Below, one piece after another: positions 35,589 through 48,100 of a stretch of 64,000 nt of DNA. Both the position numbers and the translations under genes were made by a program. Positions within the stretch are counted from its first letter, which is position 1. Each line of letters starts with the position of its first letter. The notes under the pieces were generated by a model, which saw only the letters and a list, made by a program, of their open reading frames with translations, had not been told where the DNA came from and searched no databases. Origin of the DNA: Caecitellus pseudoparvulus (lineage: Eukaryota > Protista > Bigyra: Bicosoecida); contig CBFFRQ010000019.1 in NCBI GenBank assembly GCA_965644315.1, positions 418,057-482,056 of the forward strand, written 5' to 3'.

Positions 35589-37480
35589 ATGGCGCGTGAG
35601 ACACAGTCGAAATGGATGTCAGCGCTGTTCGTGTTCAATGTCATTGTGGCCACTGGCACGTTCGCGCTGCCGCGCATCTTCTTTGAGGCTGGCATGGTGG
35701 CGAGTTGTGTGCGTTTTGGCAGCGTTTCGCGATCCCCCGACCAGCGCCACCACCGCCCCCACGCACGCCCACATGACAGCTGTTCCTCATCTTCGTCGTG
35801 TGCTTGACCCACATCACAGCCATGTTCATCATGGAGACGCTGACAACCGTGGGAGTGCTGCAGCACTACGGCGTCGCGACGGCAGAGGGGGATGTGGCAG
35901 TGGTGTGCCGGCCGCATCACTCGCACCTCGCCGATGCGGAGGGCAGCAGCGGGCCAGACGCCAGGCGGGGCGAGCAGGGCGACATCGTCTGGCCCACACA
36001 AGTGGCGCAGTTGAACAAGGCTCTGCTCCCCCCCGCCTGGCGCCTGGTCTGGTTCGCTGTCCTGGTGCTGTACCTGTATCCAGACGTCGCCATCTACGCT
36101 GTGTTCATCCCCGACACCGTGCAGGTGGTGTTCCCACACATACACCTGCAGCACCTGCCGTGGTTCGACTTGGTGCTGCGGGGGCCTGGCGTGTACTACG
36201 GCGCGCTGGCCCTCGCTGCTCTCGCTCTCACGCCGCTGGTGTTTGGCACATTCAAAGGCACGACGGGCATTCAAATCGTCACTTGCATCACCCGGAACGC
36301 GCTGCTGGGCACCATGATCGTAGTGGCCATAGGCATGGCCACAGGAGTCGACTGGGGACAGGTGACTCACGCGCCTGGCGACGAGGTGGACCCCGCCCCC
36401 CTCCCGGCCAACGCATCCAGCGACCCGTTGCCCCCCCCCGCAACCCTTGCCGCTGCCGACCTGCCTTGGTTCAACCCCAGCAAGGTGCCCCTGCTGTTCG
36501 GCGGCCTCGTCTATGCCACCATCCACCAGCAGTACATCGGAACACTCCTGGCACCAATGAAGAACAAGACGCGGAACATACTCCCCGTGCACATCGGCGT
36601 GCTGGCGGTGGTGACCGCGTACTACATCGTGCTGTGTGTTTCGGCAGTGGTGGCGTTTGCGCCGTTTGAGGGGCGTGGTGACGCCAGCACTGCCAGTGGC
36701 AAGTGCACTGCACTTACGCCGCACGCCTGTGGACTGCAGGAGCTGTACACCTTCAACTTCGGCTTCCTGCAGCCACGCTGGGCGGCCCGGGCTCTGGCCA
36801 TGGCCCCCCTCCTCGGCATGGTTAGTGTCTTCCCCATCATCAGCATCACCCTGCGGGACAATTTGATGCTGACGCTGTCGGCGGTGCTGGCTGCTGTGGG
36901 GGGGGTGGGCCCATACCAGCGCCTTGCAGAAGCCGACCCCGACCCTGCCAGCCGCCAGCCGGAGGTGGAACTGGCACACCGCTCGGCAGGCGGCGCAACC
37001 GGAACACACAGTGACTCGGAACACGCAGAGGAGTGGGAGGTGCGCCCCCTGCGGGGTCGGCGGCAGTCTGCGGCGTCAGCACCAGCGGTGCAGACGCCCA
37101 CCCCCACTTGCGCCGCACGGTGGGCCCACTCCCTCGCTTCCCCCAGTGACACACCCTTGTCAGTGCGTGTTGCCTTTGGCCTCCTGGCAGTCGTGCCGGC
37201 GTACATCACAGCTGCATACACCCGCGACATTGACTTCTTGCTTCGCATCGTGGGTTGCTACGGCGGCACATTCATTGCCTTTTGCATGCCGTGTGTCCTG
37301 GTGCACTACGCTCGACAGGCACAGGCCCTGCCCCTGCGCGGGTTCGGAACAGTCGGGGAACACCCCTCTGTGTTCCACGCGCCTGCCCAGTCGCAGTGGT
37401 GGACCACCCTCATTGCGGGGTTTGCGGGCGTCGCCCTGGTGGTGAACACATACACAATCGCGACCGACGCGGGCGCATGA
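35589..37480 (+). CDS. amino-acid transporter-like membrane protein (Aa_trans, TMEM104-like)
   Basis: FVFNVIVATGTFALP N-terminal motif, many TM helices, LYTFNF, FPIISITLRDNL; in-frame intron 35709-35779. Confidence 0.8.
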
Positions 37481-37599
37481 GGCGGCCTGGTATGCTACAT
37501 TGCATTACTTGCACTGCACTGCACCGTTTCTGCACACTGGGGTGCGGTTGGGGCGACCGGGCACACACCACTCACCCGCCCCCGCCACACGCCCCGCCA

Positions 37600-40500
37600 C
37601 TAAGCAAAGAAATCCATGCCGTCCGAATCCCCACCAGCCTTGTCGTAAATGTCGTCACCACTGCTGCCCCCCTCCACCACCTCGTCCTCCTCCTCCTCAA
37701 ACGCCGCCGGCACCGTCCCCGTGCCCTTCCCATGCACCTTCACGTACGCCTTGTGGGCCGCCCACCCCGGCGGCACCTCCCACTGACTCGCCCCCGTCAG
37801 CAAGTGCACGAAGAAGACATCGCCCTCCTCATCCGGACCGATGCGCCGCCACTCGTACTGCCCTGCCCGTGCAGCTGCCTCCGCCGCCCGCACCGTCGCC
37901 TCGTCGTAGTCGCCTTCTGGGGACTCATCCTCCGCCCCCGACGAGGGCGCCCCGCCACCGTCGCTGTCAGAGCCCACACGCTCCCCCACAGAGCCCGCCT
38001 CTTCGTCACTGCTGTCGTGCCCCGCGAAGAAACCGCCGCCCCCCCCCTCGTCGCTGTCCTCCTCCTCCCCCTCAGCCACCACGCTGGGGCGGCTGTACCG
38101 GGGGCTGCTCGCAGCGACCATGCGAGCCTCTCGCGACTCGTGGTCGCTGCCCCGCCGATTGCGCACCCGGACTGTGCCACCCCCCAGACGCTGCAGTGGG
38201 TTGGGCACGCTGGCGCCCGACCCGCGACCTGAGGTCGTACCTGGGTCCCCCCCGCCGCGACCCGGCGACCCCGGGGGTGTCCACTTCACGCCAGGCCCGC
38301 CCTTGGCTGCTGCATCGTCAGTGGGCCCACCGCTGGGCCCACTGCCCAGCATGGCGCCACCCTGCTTCGGCACCATGCTGGCTCGCCCACGGGCGCGGCT
38401 GGCAAAGCCCTTCAGGCGCACAGCCGTGGCCAGGCCCATGGTGCCGCCGATGAGCATGCTGGCACGGCGCTTGGCGGCCTTGCTGGGGGTGTGGGGGTGT
38501 GCCCCTGTCCCCATGCCCATCGCCACGGGGACGCCTTGGACGGGGGCGGCGTTCGACCCGTCTGGCCCGCCCCCCCCCTCCTCCTCCTCATCCTCCTCCT
38601 CATCATCGTCATCGTAGTACTGCTCCTCCTCCTGCAGAATGATGTCCTCGAAGCGGGTGATGGACTCGCACAGGTCCAGGAGCATCTTGCAGAAACGGTC
38701 GGAGTCCACCTTGCTGCGGAAATCGAGGCGGTACGTCGTCTCCAGGTTGTCCATCACGTCGTCGTCCAGCAACGCCTGGTCCACGCCAGCCGAAGAGAAC
38801 ACCAGTGTCAGCATGCGGGGGAAGGCCTGTGGCGCCTCCACCTGCACCAGCTGCACGAGGGGCAGGCGTTTCTTCAGGCGCAGGTTCTGGTCGAAATTGT
38901 ACAGCATCATGGTCTCCGTGTCGATCCACAGCCACCGGCGCTGGCGCAGGCCGTGGGAATTCACCTTGGTAGCACTGAACGCTTCCCGTTGGTGTGCAAG
39001 GAACTTCTCATAGGGCGGCACGTGGCGGCGGACGTGCCCCATCATCTCCACATCGTGCAGGTCGTGAAACAGCTCCACCAGCTTCTCCGCGTCCTCGTCG
39101 GGGGGGATGATGGAGGACCGCGCCCGGCTGAGGTTCATCTTGTTGGCGCCTGCGATGAGGTAGGACAGCTCCGACACCGTCACGTACATGCTGTCCGTGT
39201 CTCGCTCCTTCTCGTACAGGCTCTCGAAGTAGTGGAACAGGTCCACGTCGTTGCGCGTGTGCGCCAGCACGTAGCACCGCTCCATCTGCTGGTAGAACTC
39301 GTTCAGCTTCTCGATGTAGGCGAGGTGTTCCCCCACCGCCTGCTCCTCGTTGTGCCCCGACAAGCCCTCCGCGTCAATGACACTCTCGCGCAGGCCCGTC
39401 GCAGTGGACACGGCGCGGGGGCGTGCCGCACTGGACTTGCGGCGTGTCGAGCCCAGCTCGATGTCCCCCTCGCTGGCAGAGGTGCTGGTGCTGCGGGCGG
39501 ACACAGTGGAGCCTGACCGCCCGCTCCCCACGGGGTTGGACACCTCCACCGCGTCCCGGGCTCGGTGGGAGGCGGACCAGCCCTTGCTGCGCGTCACGGC
39601 GTCGAAGCAGCAGAGCAGGAAACGCCCCCGACCACACCGGCGGTACCACATGGGCAGCAAGTACTTCTCCCGCACCATGGACAGGTACGTCGGCACGGTG
39701 TCCTTCCAGCGGTCAGTGGTTTTGAGGTCTTCGTGCACCTCGTCGAAGTACTCGGTGACGATACCGATGAACATGTTCAGGAGCACCAGGAACACCATGC
39801 CGACGTAGAGGGAGAAGAAGACCCCCGCCAGCTGCGGCCGGGTGCGTGTGAGGAGGTGGTAGTTGAAGTCGCCCAGGGGGAAGCGCAGGAGGGTTGAGAA
39901 GGAGGACTGGTAGTTGTGGAACTCCGTCATGGCGAAGCCGAAGGACAACCACCCCGTCCAGGCGAAGCCCCCCACCAGCACCACGAAGCCGACGATGAAG
40001 GAGACGATGTCCATGGCTGCCCACCGCAGGGTGAGCCAGATGCTGACCATGTTCTTGGACACGCCCAGGAACTTGAACATCTTCACCGCCATGAGCAGGC
40101 CCACGAGGCCCCCCACGCTGAAGGTGGTCACGTACATCTCCCCGATGTCGTACAAGTCCTCGTACTCTGACGAATTCACGTCGAACTTGCGCCACGTCCC
40201 CTCGGCCACCACTGACAGCCACCCCACCATGTACACGAAGCAGCACCCCAGCAGCGTCAGCTCGAAGCCGGTGCGGAAGGAGAACAGGCGCGCGAACTTG
40301 GACCGGCTGCGCACGATGCGTGCCACCTCCCCGTACAGGTAGCAGCCCCAGGAAATGACAAAGGCCACTTCCAGCAGGGCCCGGGCTTGGTCTGTGAGGG
40401 ATTCGTAGGGGGACACGCGCCAGGTGTAGAACCACGCCTGGCGCACGAGCAGCCCCATCTCGAAGAACTCAAACACGATGCGGGCGTTCGTGGCCATGCG

Positions 40501-42255
40501 CGTGTTGGTGTTGTACAGGTTGAAGTCCACGGACAGTGACCGAGTGCCTCGATCCACCCACCGCTCGTAGAACAGGCGGTCCAGCGCCGCTGCCGCCCCA
40601 GCCCTGTCACGCGGCAGGTACGTTGGGTACCCCCCTGTACCGTACGAGCCGTGGTAGCCAAAGAGGCCATTCAGCTCCGCCATGCCCTCCTGGAACCTGT
40701 ACACTGAGCACTGTGACGTGAGGTTGCCGGTGACGGGGTCCCACGCACACCGCCGGAAGGGCTCCTTCTCCTGCGTTTCGAAGGTCCACTCGGAGAAGCA
40801 CGTGCCGTCCAGCGTGTCGAAGCGGCCCATGGGCTGCTTCACCCCCGTCACGGGGTTCACGTGCACCACCGTGTCATCCTCGAACCGCCGCACGGAGCAG
40901 GAGTCATTGCCGACACGCGCCTGCCGCAGGCGCACCTGCCCCACGAGGCGGAAGTAGTTCAGCGCCGTGCCCAGCTCGGTGCGTGTGAAGTTGTCACCGT
41001 TGTACCACTCCGTGGGGTACAGGCCGTTCAGCAGCGGCCCCCGCAGCCACGACCAGACCTCTTGGTACGTCATGATTTCGTGGAAGTTCTTCTTGTACTG
41101 CGCGCCGGGGAACTCCTCGTCCAGGAACAAGTCCATGAGTGCGTTGTTGCTGCCGTATTCCGCTTGCACGTCCACCACGTTCTGCGTGATGGCCAGGAAG
41201 ATGCACGCGAAGCAGAGGAACAGCAACGCCTCCCGTGCCGTGCGGTCACGGTAGATCTTGTACACTGCCTGCAGCCCGTCGCGCACGGGGATGGCCTTCT
41301 TGTCACGCAGTTGTGCGGCGGCGTCGCTGAGCTTGAGGCTGCGCGCAGGCCGCCGGGCGGCTGGCGTGGGCACGGTGGAGGGGCCGCCTCGCCGCATGGC
41401 TGCGACAGGGTTGGCCACCGTCGCGCCGCTGGTTGTGGAGGAAGGCGCAGCTTTGCTGTCCATGTTGCCCGGTGAAGTGGGAGGTGCGCCGTTCCCCTTG
41501 AATGCTTGCAGCGCAGCCACGTCAACTCCAGTCAGGGAGGCCCGGTTCCCGCCCACCAGAATGCGGCCACTGCCACTTGTCGCCGAAAGGCTCTTACGAT
41601 TGCCCTTGCCGGCGCTGGCTCCCACTGTGTGGCTGCGCCGGCGCCTGCGGAGGGGGGGCGTGGCAGATGCAGTGCAGCAGGCAGTGCAGCGTTTCAGCGC
41701 GTGCAGTTCACTGCGGTGCACGCGGCACAGGGCGGGCTGTTCCTGCCCGGACAGAGGCAGCTACGTCATGTGCGTGCCCTTGCAGCCCACACCACACGTG
41801 CGCACGGGGCAGCTCGGGAGAGTGGCAATAGGCGGCGCACAGGTGGACGGGCGCGTGACACCCTGACGCACACCGCGCCAGTGTTCCCCAGCACCAATGC
41901 CAACCGAGGCAGCATGTGAAGTTCGCCCACCCAGCACTTCCCCGCCCCGTCATACAGTGCTCAGCCAGCGCTGCCTCGGTGGCAGCGCAACCCGACAGGA
42001 GCACAAGCGTTTCGCGCCGGCCAGTACGCACTCTGCTTCGACCAGCCCTGCTCCAGTGGGGTTCGTCGTCCACGTGGAGCTGTCTACGCGTGATAGACGC
42101 TTAGATTTGTCGTGACCACCCCCTGTTCCCGAGGAGGCGCCCTGGCTGCTGGTGGTGGCGGATGAGGGCAGGGCTCCGCTCCCTGCAGCTGTTGAGGTGC
42201 CGCTTTCAGCTGCAGGCTGCGTTGCCCGGCCCCAGGACAGCCACCTGCTGCTCAT
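37600..42255 (-). CDS. polycystin-2/TRPP-like cation channel with C-terminal PH-like and WW domains
   Basis: RLVGQVRLRQARV..DSC, YGTGGY, WVDRGTRSLSVDFNLYNTN, six TM segments and pore LLRFPLGDFNY. Upstream exon (42255-42032) joins in frame via intron 42031-41645; start uncertain. Confidence 0.88.
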
Positions 42256-42910
42256 ACGCAAGCAGGGCTGAGCTGGTCTGCTTCACAGCAGGCCTCAGCT
42301 CCGCGCACTGCTGTGCGAGGTGCAGGGAGGCCACGAGCTTTGCGCCGTCCAGCAACGCAAGCCGCAGCGACCGCACCCGGACCCTGAGCTCGACGCAGGG
42401 CATGTACACGCCCAAGTCAGCGTGGAGGGCGGCCTGTGGATTTGTTGTGTGTGTTTTGTCCGTGGCTAATGCATTGATTGTCCGCTGCTGACCTTCCGCT
42501 GTGTCAGCAGAAGCGGAAGGCTGTGTTTGGCTGTGAGCGCAGGTGGCAGGCGGGGGAGGGGGGCACGGCGCAGCCGGGGACACAGTGAGGAAAAACTGGT
42601 GCGCCTTCTTCAATCATAGAGTCGTGGACTGTGCGTCGGGTGTTCAAGCACTCCTGCACGCCGAGGACAAAGAGCACTGCACACAGCTTGCACGCAATCC
42701 GGCAGCCACACCTCTCAGCGCCTTCAATGCAATGCAGGGGGGGGGGGTGCATTCGCCTTGCACACAAAACTCAAACACTTTATATACTGCACTGCGCTGA
42801 AGTTCTCTGCTTCAGCACCTGTGCCCGCTTCAGACGCCTCAGACAGGCCTGCTTGCAGAAAGGAATTTCCGCACTGAACTCAGTGCTGAGCCCTCCGCAG
42901 GTGAGCAGCC

Positions 42911-44227
42911 ATGGCTGCCGCGACTTGCCTGTGGGACTTCCTGCCCACCGGAGCCTTGCAGAGCATTGGCGACTTCCTGGGCTGCGAGGCTCTGCAGCTG
43001 AGGTGTTTGAGCCAGGCGCAACTTCGGCGTGTTGACCACTCCGCCATCCGTAATGTGACGGTGAGACGTTTTCCCCCCAAGGCTGCCCCCGACCAGGGTG
43101 GAGAGCAGGGCGAAGGGGGCGCTTTTATTCCTGGTTTGCCTGTCGCCCACGGTGCCCCACCTGGCGCAGAGGGCGCTGCCGCGACCGCCTCGGCGAGCGA
43201 GGGTGAAGGCGGCGGTTTCTCGCAGGCCAGCGCAGATTCAAAGGCTGCCTGCGTGCTCCAACTGCCAGCCTCCGCCCAGCCTGTGGTGCCAAGGGAAGGG
43301 TCCATGCTTCCCTTTGACCAAGAGCGAGACCGGTGCGACGCAGAGGCCGCGTTTGCGGGTCAGCTGAGTCGGTGGCCAGCCCTGACAACGCTGCGCTTGC
43401 CTTGCAGCACGGCGGGCACGGAGTCCACAGGAACCCTGGACATGACGCGTGCGCAGGGATTCCTGTACGGCCACCTGCCCCCTCGCGTCATTGTGGACTT
43501 CGACGGGGACGAGACAGCCCATTACCGGGGGCCGTATAACGGGGCGTTCTCCACAGTCTGGAGCTCGCCGCCTCTGCAGGCACCTCTCGTGGCGTTCCAA
43601 CTGCAGGGGCGGTACAAGGACCAGGGGTGGGGCAACCGCAAGGGGAACGTGCGCCTGTACCTCCTGCGACCTCGCATCGCGCAAGGCGGAGGGGGTGACT
43701 CCCCACCCCCCACCTGCTTCCACGTCAAGCCCACGCCCCCCTGGGACACCCACGATCCCACCAGGACAGAGCCACCCGCAGACTGCCCCCCCCCCTTCCT
43801 GTACAAGGTCCCATGTGGCCCCGTGCCCCCAGCAGACGGCGGTGACCCCGACGCCCCTGTGGTTGCAGCTGTGCTGCCGTGCCCCGACGGCAGTGGCGTG
43901 GTGGCGTCCCCGGCAGTGTACTGGACCACGGTGGCCACCCTGTGCCTCATGCCCGCCGCCCAGCACGAGTGGGGCACCTTCTGTGTCCGCCACCGCCGCC
44001 AGTGCGCCGGGGCTGCTGCTCAGCCCAGCGAGGTGGAGGGAGAGCCGACGTGCCCCCCCCCCACAGACGCCTTCAAGGCGGCGGCTGATGCGTTTCTCGA
44101 GCAAAGTGCCCCTGGCGACGTGCTGGTGTTGATGGCGGACGTGGGCGGCGGGGGCGGACACGAGCTGTTCTTGAGGAACATGCAGTTGATGACGGAGGAT
44201 GCCCGTGCGGCGGCGGTGGGCCTGTGA
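42911..44227 (+). CDS. hypothetical protein with F-box-like N-terminus
   Basis: 438-aa ATG ORF; LWDFLPTGALQSIGDFL..LRCLS resembles an F-box; KDQGWGNRKG and VGGGGGHEL motifs downstream. Confidence 0.55.
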   Translation: MAAATCLWDFLPTGALQSIGDFLGCEALQLRCLSQAQLRRVDHSAIRNVTVRRFPPKAAPDQGGEQGEGGAFIPGLPVAHGAPPGAEGAAATASASEGEGGGFSQASADSKAACVLQLPASAQPVVPREGSMLPFDQERDRCDAEAAFAGQLSRWPALTTLRLPCSTAGTESTGTLDMTRAQGFLYGHLPPRVIVDFDGDETAHYRGPYNGAFSTVWSSPPLQAPLVAFQLQGRYKDQGWGNRKGNVRLYLLRPRIAQGGGGDSPPPTCFHVKPTPPWDTHDPTRTEPPADCPPPFLYKVPCGPVPPADGGDPDAPVVAAVLPCPDGSGVVASPAVYWTTVATLCLMPAAQHEWGTFCVRHRRQCAGAAAQPSEVEGEPTCPPPTDAFKAAADAFLEQSAPGDVLVLMADVGGGGGHELFLRNMQLMTEDARAAAVGL

Positions 44228-44288
44228 GCGGGGAGTGGGCCCATTGCCCCGCACGCCCACAAGCAGAATGCATTTCGCCACCCCCCCC

Positions 44289-45440
44289 TCACACCATGCT
44301 CTGCCCAGACACATCCCCCCGCATGCCGCTGCCACCGGGAGTGCGGGGCTGGGCCGTGGCACTAGCGCCTTCTGGGGCGGGTGCCGGCGCAGCCCCCCCC
44401 AGCCCCGCGAAAATGCTGCTTGTGATGCTGTTCGCGATGGAAGGCAGAACACCGGGGAGCGACGCGATGGCCGCCGCACCCGCCAGGCCGCTGGTGCCCG
44501 CTGCGCCAGCCTGCGCCGCTGAGCTGCGGCGTTTGTCTGCTTCCTGGCTGCACCGCAGGTAGCCCTGTAGATTGGCGCCTGTCAACGCCAGCCCCGTCAG
44601 CGTCACGACGAGCCAGTCCAGGGACAGCGTCAGGACGTTCAAGACAGCCAGGGCCAGCCACATGAGCACAGCGGCATACATGCCGCCCCAGAAAATGCGC
44701 TTGTTCATGTACGGCACCGTCTTCTCGGCATCCTGTGGCGCGAGGGAGGGGGGGAGGGGGGGGGTGCTGCGAGAGCAGGGCGGAGCCGCTGCCACGAGGT
44801 CGCACGCACGGGGTGTGACTCGTACACCCAGTGGTTGCTGCCGTCTTCATTGATCTTGTTCCACCAACGCAGGCCCACCAGGAGGCGGCCAGAGACGTTC
44901 TGCGTCGGGGGGGGTGGCAGGCTGCCGTGCTGTGGCAGTCGACGCAGCACCAGCACGTGGCAGCGGCGCACCTTGACGGTCCAGAAGTCAGCCGCAAGCA
45001 GGAGGATGATGATGACGAAGGGCGTGACGAACCCAGTCGTGAACCAGCCTGACAAAATGTACACTAGCAAAGCCGCAACCTGCCGTGCCGGGGCGGGAAC
45101 GGAGGCATGAGGCGCTGAGCGTGCAGAGCAAATTCCGCGCAACGACCGCCGGCGCACCTTGAATGCGAGGTGAAAGAAGGCCACAGCAGGGTGGGACGCT
45201 TGGCAGATGAAGTTGTTGGTCAGGGAGGACCCTGAGCCCATGGTGCCCATGGTGCCTACATCGGGGTTGCCTTCCAACCCGCCCTCAGCCTCCAGCTCAT
45301 CCTCTGTGAGAAACGCAAGCCCCTCCTCCTGCGCCGAAAAGCGCACACGGGCGTCAGGACAGAGCACACAGCATGCAGCTGCCCACTGCAACACCTACAT
45401 GAGGCGGAGGGCCTGCTGCTGCAGGCTGTGGCGCAGCCAT
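44289..45440 (-). CDS. TVP23: Golgi membrane protein TVP23/FAM18
   Basis: SHPAVAFFHLAFK, LLAADFWTVK|NVSGRLLVGLRWWN, GANLQGYLRC across several short introns. Confidence 0.92.
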
Positions 45441-45823
45441 GTCGAGCTGTGTTGTGCGGTCACGTCGCCTGGCTCAGGCAGCCCACGGCCAGCGAGCAGG
45501 CTGCTGCTCAGAGCGCAGCGGCACACGCAGCGCACTGTGGGTGATGTGTACACGTGGGTGCACGAGTGTGGGTGTGCGGGGCGTAGAAATATTAGTCTTT
45601 GTGCAATGCAGTAAAGGGGAAAGTCTGAGTGTTGGAAGCTGTAGGCCCTTGGGCGCCAACTGCGGCTTACTTCCAAAGCATGCGGGCTGCTTCTGTTTCA
45701 CGAAAACTTACCGTTCCAGGTATTGCCAGAGACGATGCATTCAGGCCCCGCACAGCCCCCACGTGCTGTGTGCGCTGCCCGCCTTGTCGCGAACTGCAGC
45801 CTGCCCCATCCTCCGCAGCGCGC

Positions 45824-48100
45824 TCACGGCGCCACCTTCCCGTCCACCTGCTTGGCCTGCACGTGTGCGGCCAGCAGTGCTGAGAAGTCCCGCCGCGCTT
45901 GAGCCGCCTGGGGTGCTGTGTCAGTGAGCGGCTTTGCCGTGCCCCCTGGTGGCGGGGCGGCCTGTCGTCCAGTGCTGCTGAAACGCAGCGATGCGCGGCG
46001 CGTGGAGAACGGGCGTGCAGACTTTGCCGCGCGTCCGCCTAGTGAGGAGCCAGGGCCACTTGCGTCACGCATGCTCTGGTGCCTGCTGGCTAGCACACTG
46101 TCCACCAGCGCAACTTGTGGCGTCTCTGCCTGCAGGCTTGTGGGCGGACCCAGCTCTTGCGTGGTGGGTGCTGGCGCGTCGGCCTGCTGCGGAGTGTGCA
46201 CGCCACGCTGCAACTCCTGCAGCTCCTGCACACGTGCCTGCGCAGCTGCCAGGTGTTTTCTGGCGGCCATTGCCTCTGCAGTTGCTTTTTGGGCCTGCGC
46301 CAGGGCCGTGCTCGTCTCGGCACGTGCGCTCTGCTCTTGCTGTGCCAGCTCGGTGCACGCCTCCTGCAACGCCGCCACCTGCCGCCGCAGTGTGGTCACT
46401 TCGCCCTGCAGACTGTCCTGGGAGCCCTGCAGTTGACTTAGCTTCGCCTGGGCATCTGCCAGCTGCAGCATGGTGTCTCCCAGTGCCTCCTCCATTTCGC
46501 TCTCTCGGGCCTGAGATGCCGCCAGGGTGCTCGAGGCTGCTGCCATGCGCTGCATGATGTCCCTGCGTGCAGCGGTGCCCACGTCAGGGCCTGCGTCTTG
46601 CACGGCAAGGCACCAGCGGCGCCAGGCCTTGCTCAGCATGGCCAGGTGTTTGCGGCAGAGCAGGGACCAGGTCTTACCCAGCGCCAGCACGCGCGGCGCT
46701 TCCATGAACAGCACGGCGGCGGCACGCCCCACACGCAGGGGCAGTGCCAGCCGACCGTACCCTGGAATGCCCCCCTCCACCCCCACAATATCCTGCCCCT
46801 CGCCGCTCGGGGAGTGCCTCTGCCCTGCCTCCGTTTCCTGGCCACACGCACTGTCCGCGTCTGTCTGCGCCTCTTCCAGCGACGCCATGTACTTGCGCTG
46901 CAGCGCCTCACGCACACGAAGGCGTGTCCTGCACCAGTCAGCATCGTGCACGTGCCGTGTCTCAGCTGCCAGGCTGGCACCTGCCCCTCCCCACTGCGCC
47001 GATTCCCGCCACGGCCGCCCACGCACCATGGCAAGCAGGGTGTCGTCCGGGGGCGCCGCTGCCGCCTCCCGCGCTGCACGGCGCTTGGCACGGCGCTTGA
47101 CGGCGGCTGCGTGTGCTGCGTTTCGCGCACGCTCGTCGCCATACACTGCCTCGACGAGGCCTGGCTGCAGGGAGCTGGCCTGCGTCGCAGACAGCCCTGC
47201 CCACACCATGCCCAGCAGCAGTGCTGGCAGCCCCTCCTCGCCGTGGGACTGCTGTGCCTCCCGGGGGATGCGCACGAAGCGGGCACCCCCCACTGCTACG
47301 TGGGCACTGTGCAGCTGGCGCATGAGTCGGGCAGGGGACGGCGTGGGGCGCACGCGCTGTGCGGCAACTGGCGGCAGCAAACCCAGCGCTGTGCAGTCTG
47401 TGAAGCGTTTCCACCCCCGGAAACAGCTGGCTAGCGTGCGTTTGGCTCGTTGCTGGTGCAGAAACCACATGCCAGCCTGGATGCGCCCCTGCCGCGCTGC
47501 CAACTGCTGAGACAGCACTCGGCGCCACTGCGCCCAGGCTGCACGCAGACGCCGCACCACGGCGCCGTTCAGGGCACAGGCAAGGCGCATGGCAGCTGTG
47601 TGTGCAATGTGCACTTGCTGGGCGGTGCTGACTGTTGATGCAGCAGCAGCCTGTGCCTCCTGCAGCTGAGCCTGGTAGTGTGCCGCCAGGTCAGCCTGCT
47701 CGCGTGCGTGTTGCTGCGCTGCAGCCTTGGCTTGCAGCGCAGCTTCCTCCAACACCGCTTCCATGGCTGCTTCGTGGTAGTCTGTGAGCTCTTGCAGCCG
47801 CCTTTCGGCGCTGAGGTGCAGTGTGCGTGCGTCGCTCGGGGTGCCGTCCGAGTCAATGGTGCGGCAGGCTGCACCAACTTCCGCAGCAGCAGCGCCGGCT
47901 TCGCCTCGGGCGGCATGGGGCGACGGGAAGAAGCGCTCACCCCAAGGGTCATCGCCGCCACTGCTGTCCGAAGCATGGCTTGGTCCATGCCCTTGCTCTG
48001 CCCCCCAGTCAGGCGCCTCTGTGGAGCTTGCAGCCGAGCCAGCAGGCGCCGTGGCTGCCTGGCGTTGCTGCAGGCGCTGCGTTTGCCCAGGCTGGGCCAT
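45824..48100 (-). CDS. hypothetical coiled-coil protein with Trp-containing helical repeats
   Basis: 780-aa ORF (ATG 48100); long heptad regions; RRLRAAWAQWR, RTLASCFRGWK, MLSKAWRRWC segments. Confidence 0.6.
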   Translation of the reverse strand: MAQPGQTQRLQQRQAATAPAGSAASSTEAPDWGAEQGHGPSHASDSSGGDDPWGERFFPSPHAARGEAGAAAAEVGAACRTIDSDGTPSDARTLHLSAERRLQELTDYHEAAMEAVLEEAALQAKAAAQQHAREQADLAAHYQAQLQEAQAAAASTVSTAQQVHIAHTAAMRLACALNGAVVRRLRAAWAQWRRVLSQQLAARQGRIQAGMWFLHQQRAKRTLASCFRGWKRFTDCTALGLLPPVAAQRVRPTPSPARLMRQLHSAHVAVGGARFVRIPREAQQSHGEEGLPALLLGMVWAGLSATQASSLQPGLVEAVYGDERARNAAHAAAVKRRAKRRAAREAAAAPPDDTLLAMVRGRPWRESAQWGGAGASLAAETRHVHDADWCRTRLRVREALQRKYMASLEEAQTDADSACGQETEAGQRHSPSGEGQDIVGVEGGIPGYGRLALPLRVGRAAAVLFMEAPRVLALGKTWSLLCRKHLAMLSKAWRRWCLAVQDAGPDVGTAARRDIMQRMAAASSTLAASQARESEMEEALGDTMLQLADAQAKLSQLQGSQDSLQGEVTTLRRQVAALQEACTELAQQEQSARAETSTALAQAQKATAEAMAARKHLAAAQARVQELQELQRGVHTPQQADAPAPTTQELGPPTSLQAETPQVALVDSVLASRHQSMRDASGPGSSLGGRAAKSARPFSTRRASLRFSSTGRQAAPPPGGTAKPLTDTAPQAAQARRDFSALLAAHVQAKQVDGKVAP

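Noticed and set aside
20077-48100. Functional cluster of ciliary/Ca2+ genes (giant RCC1 protein, PKD2-like, Sfi1-like)
   Set aside because: Interspersed with unrelated housekeeping genes; ciliary genes are common in flagellates, so adjacency is unremarkable.
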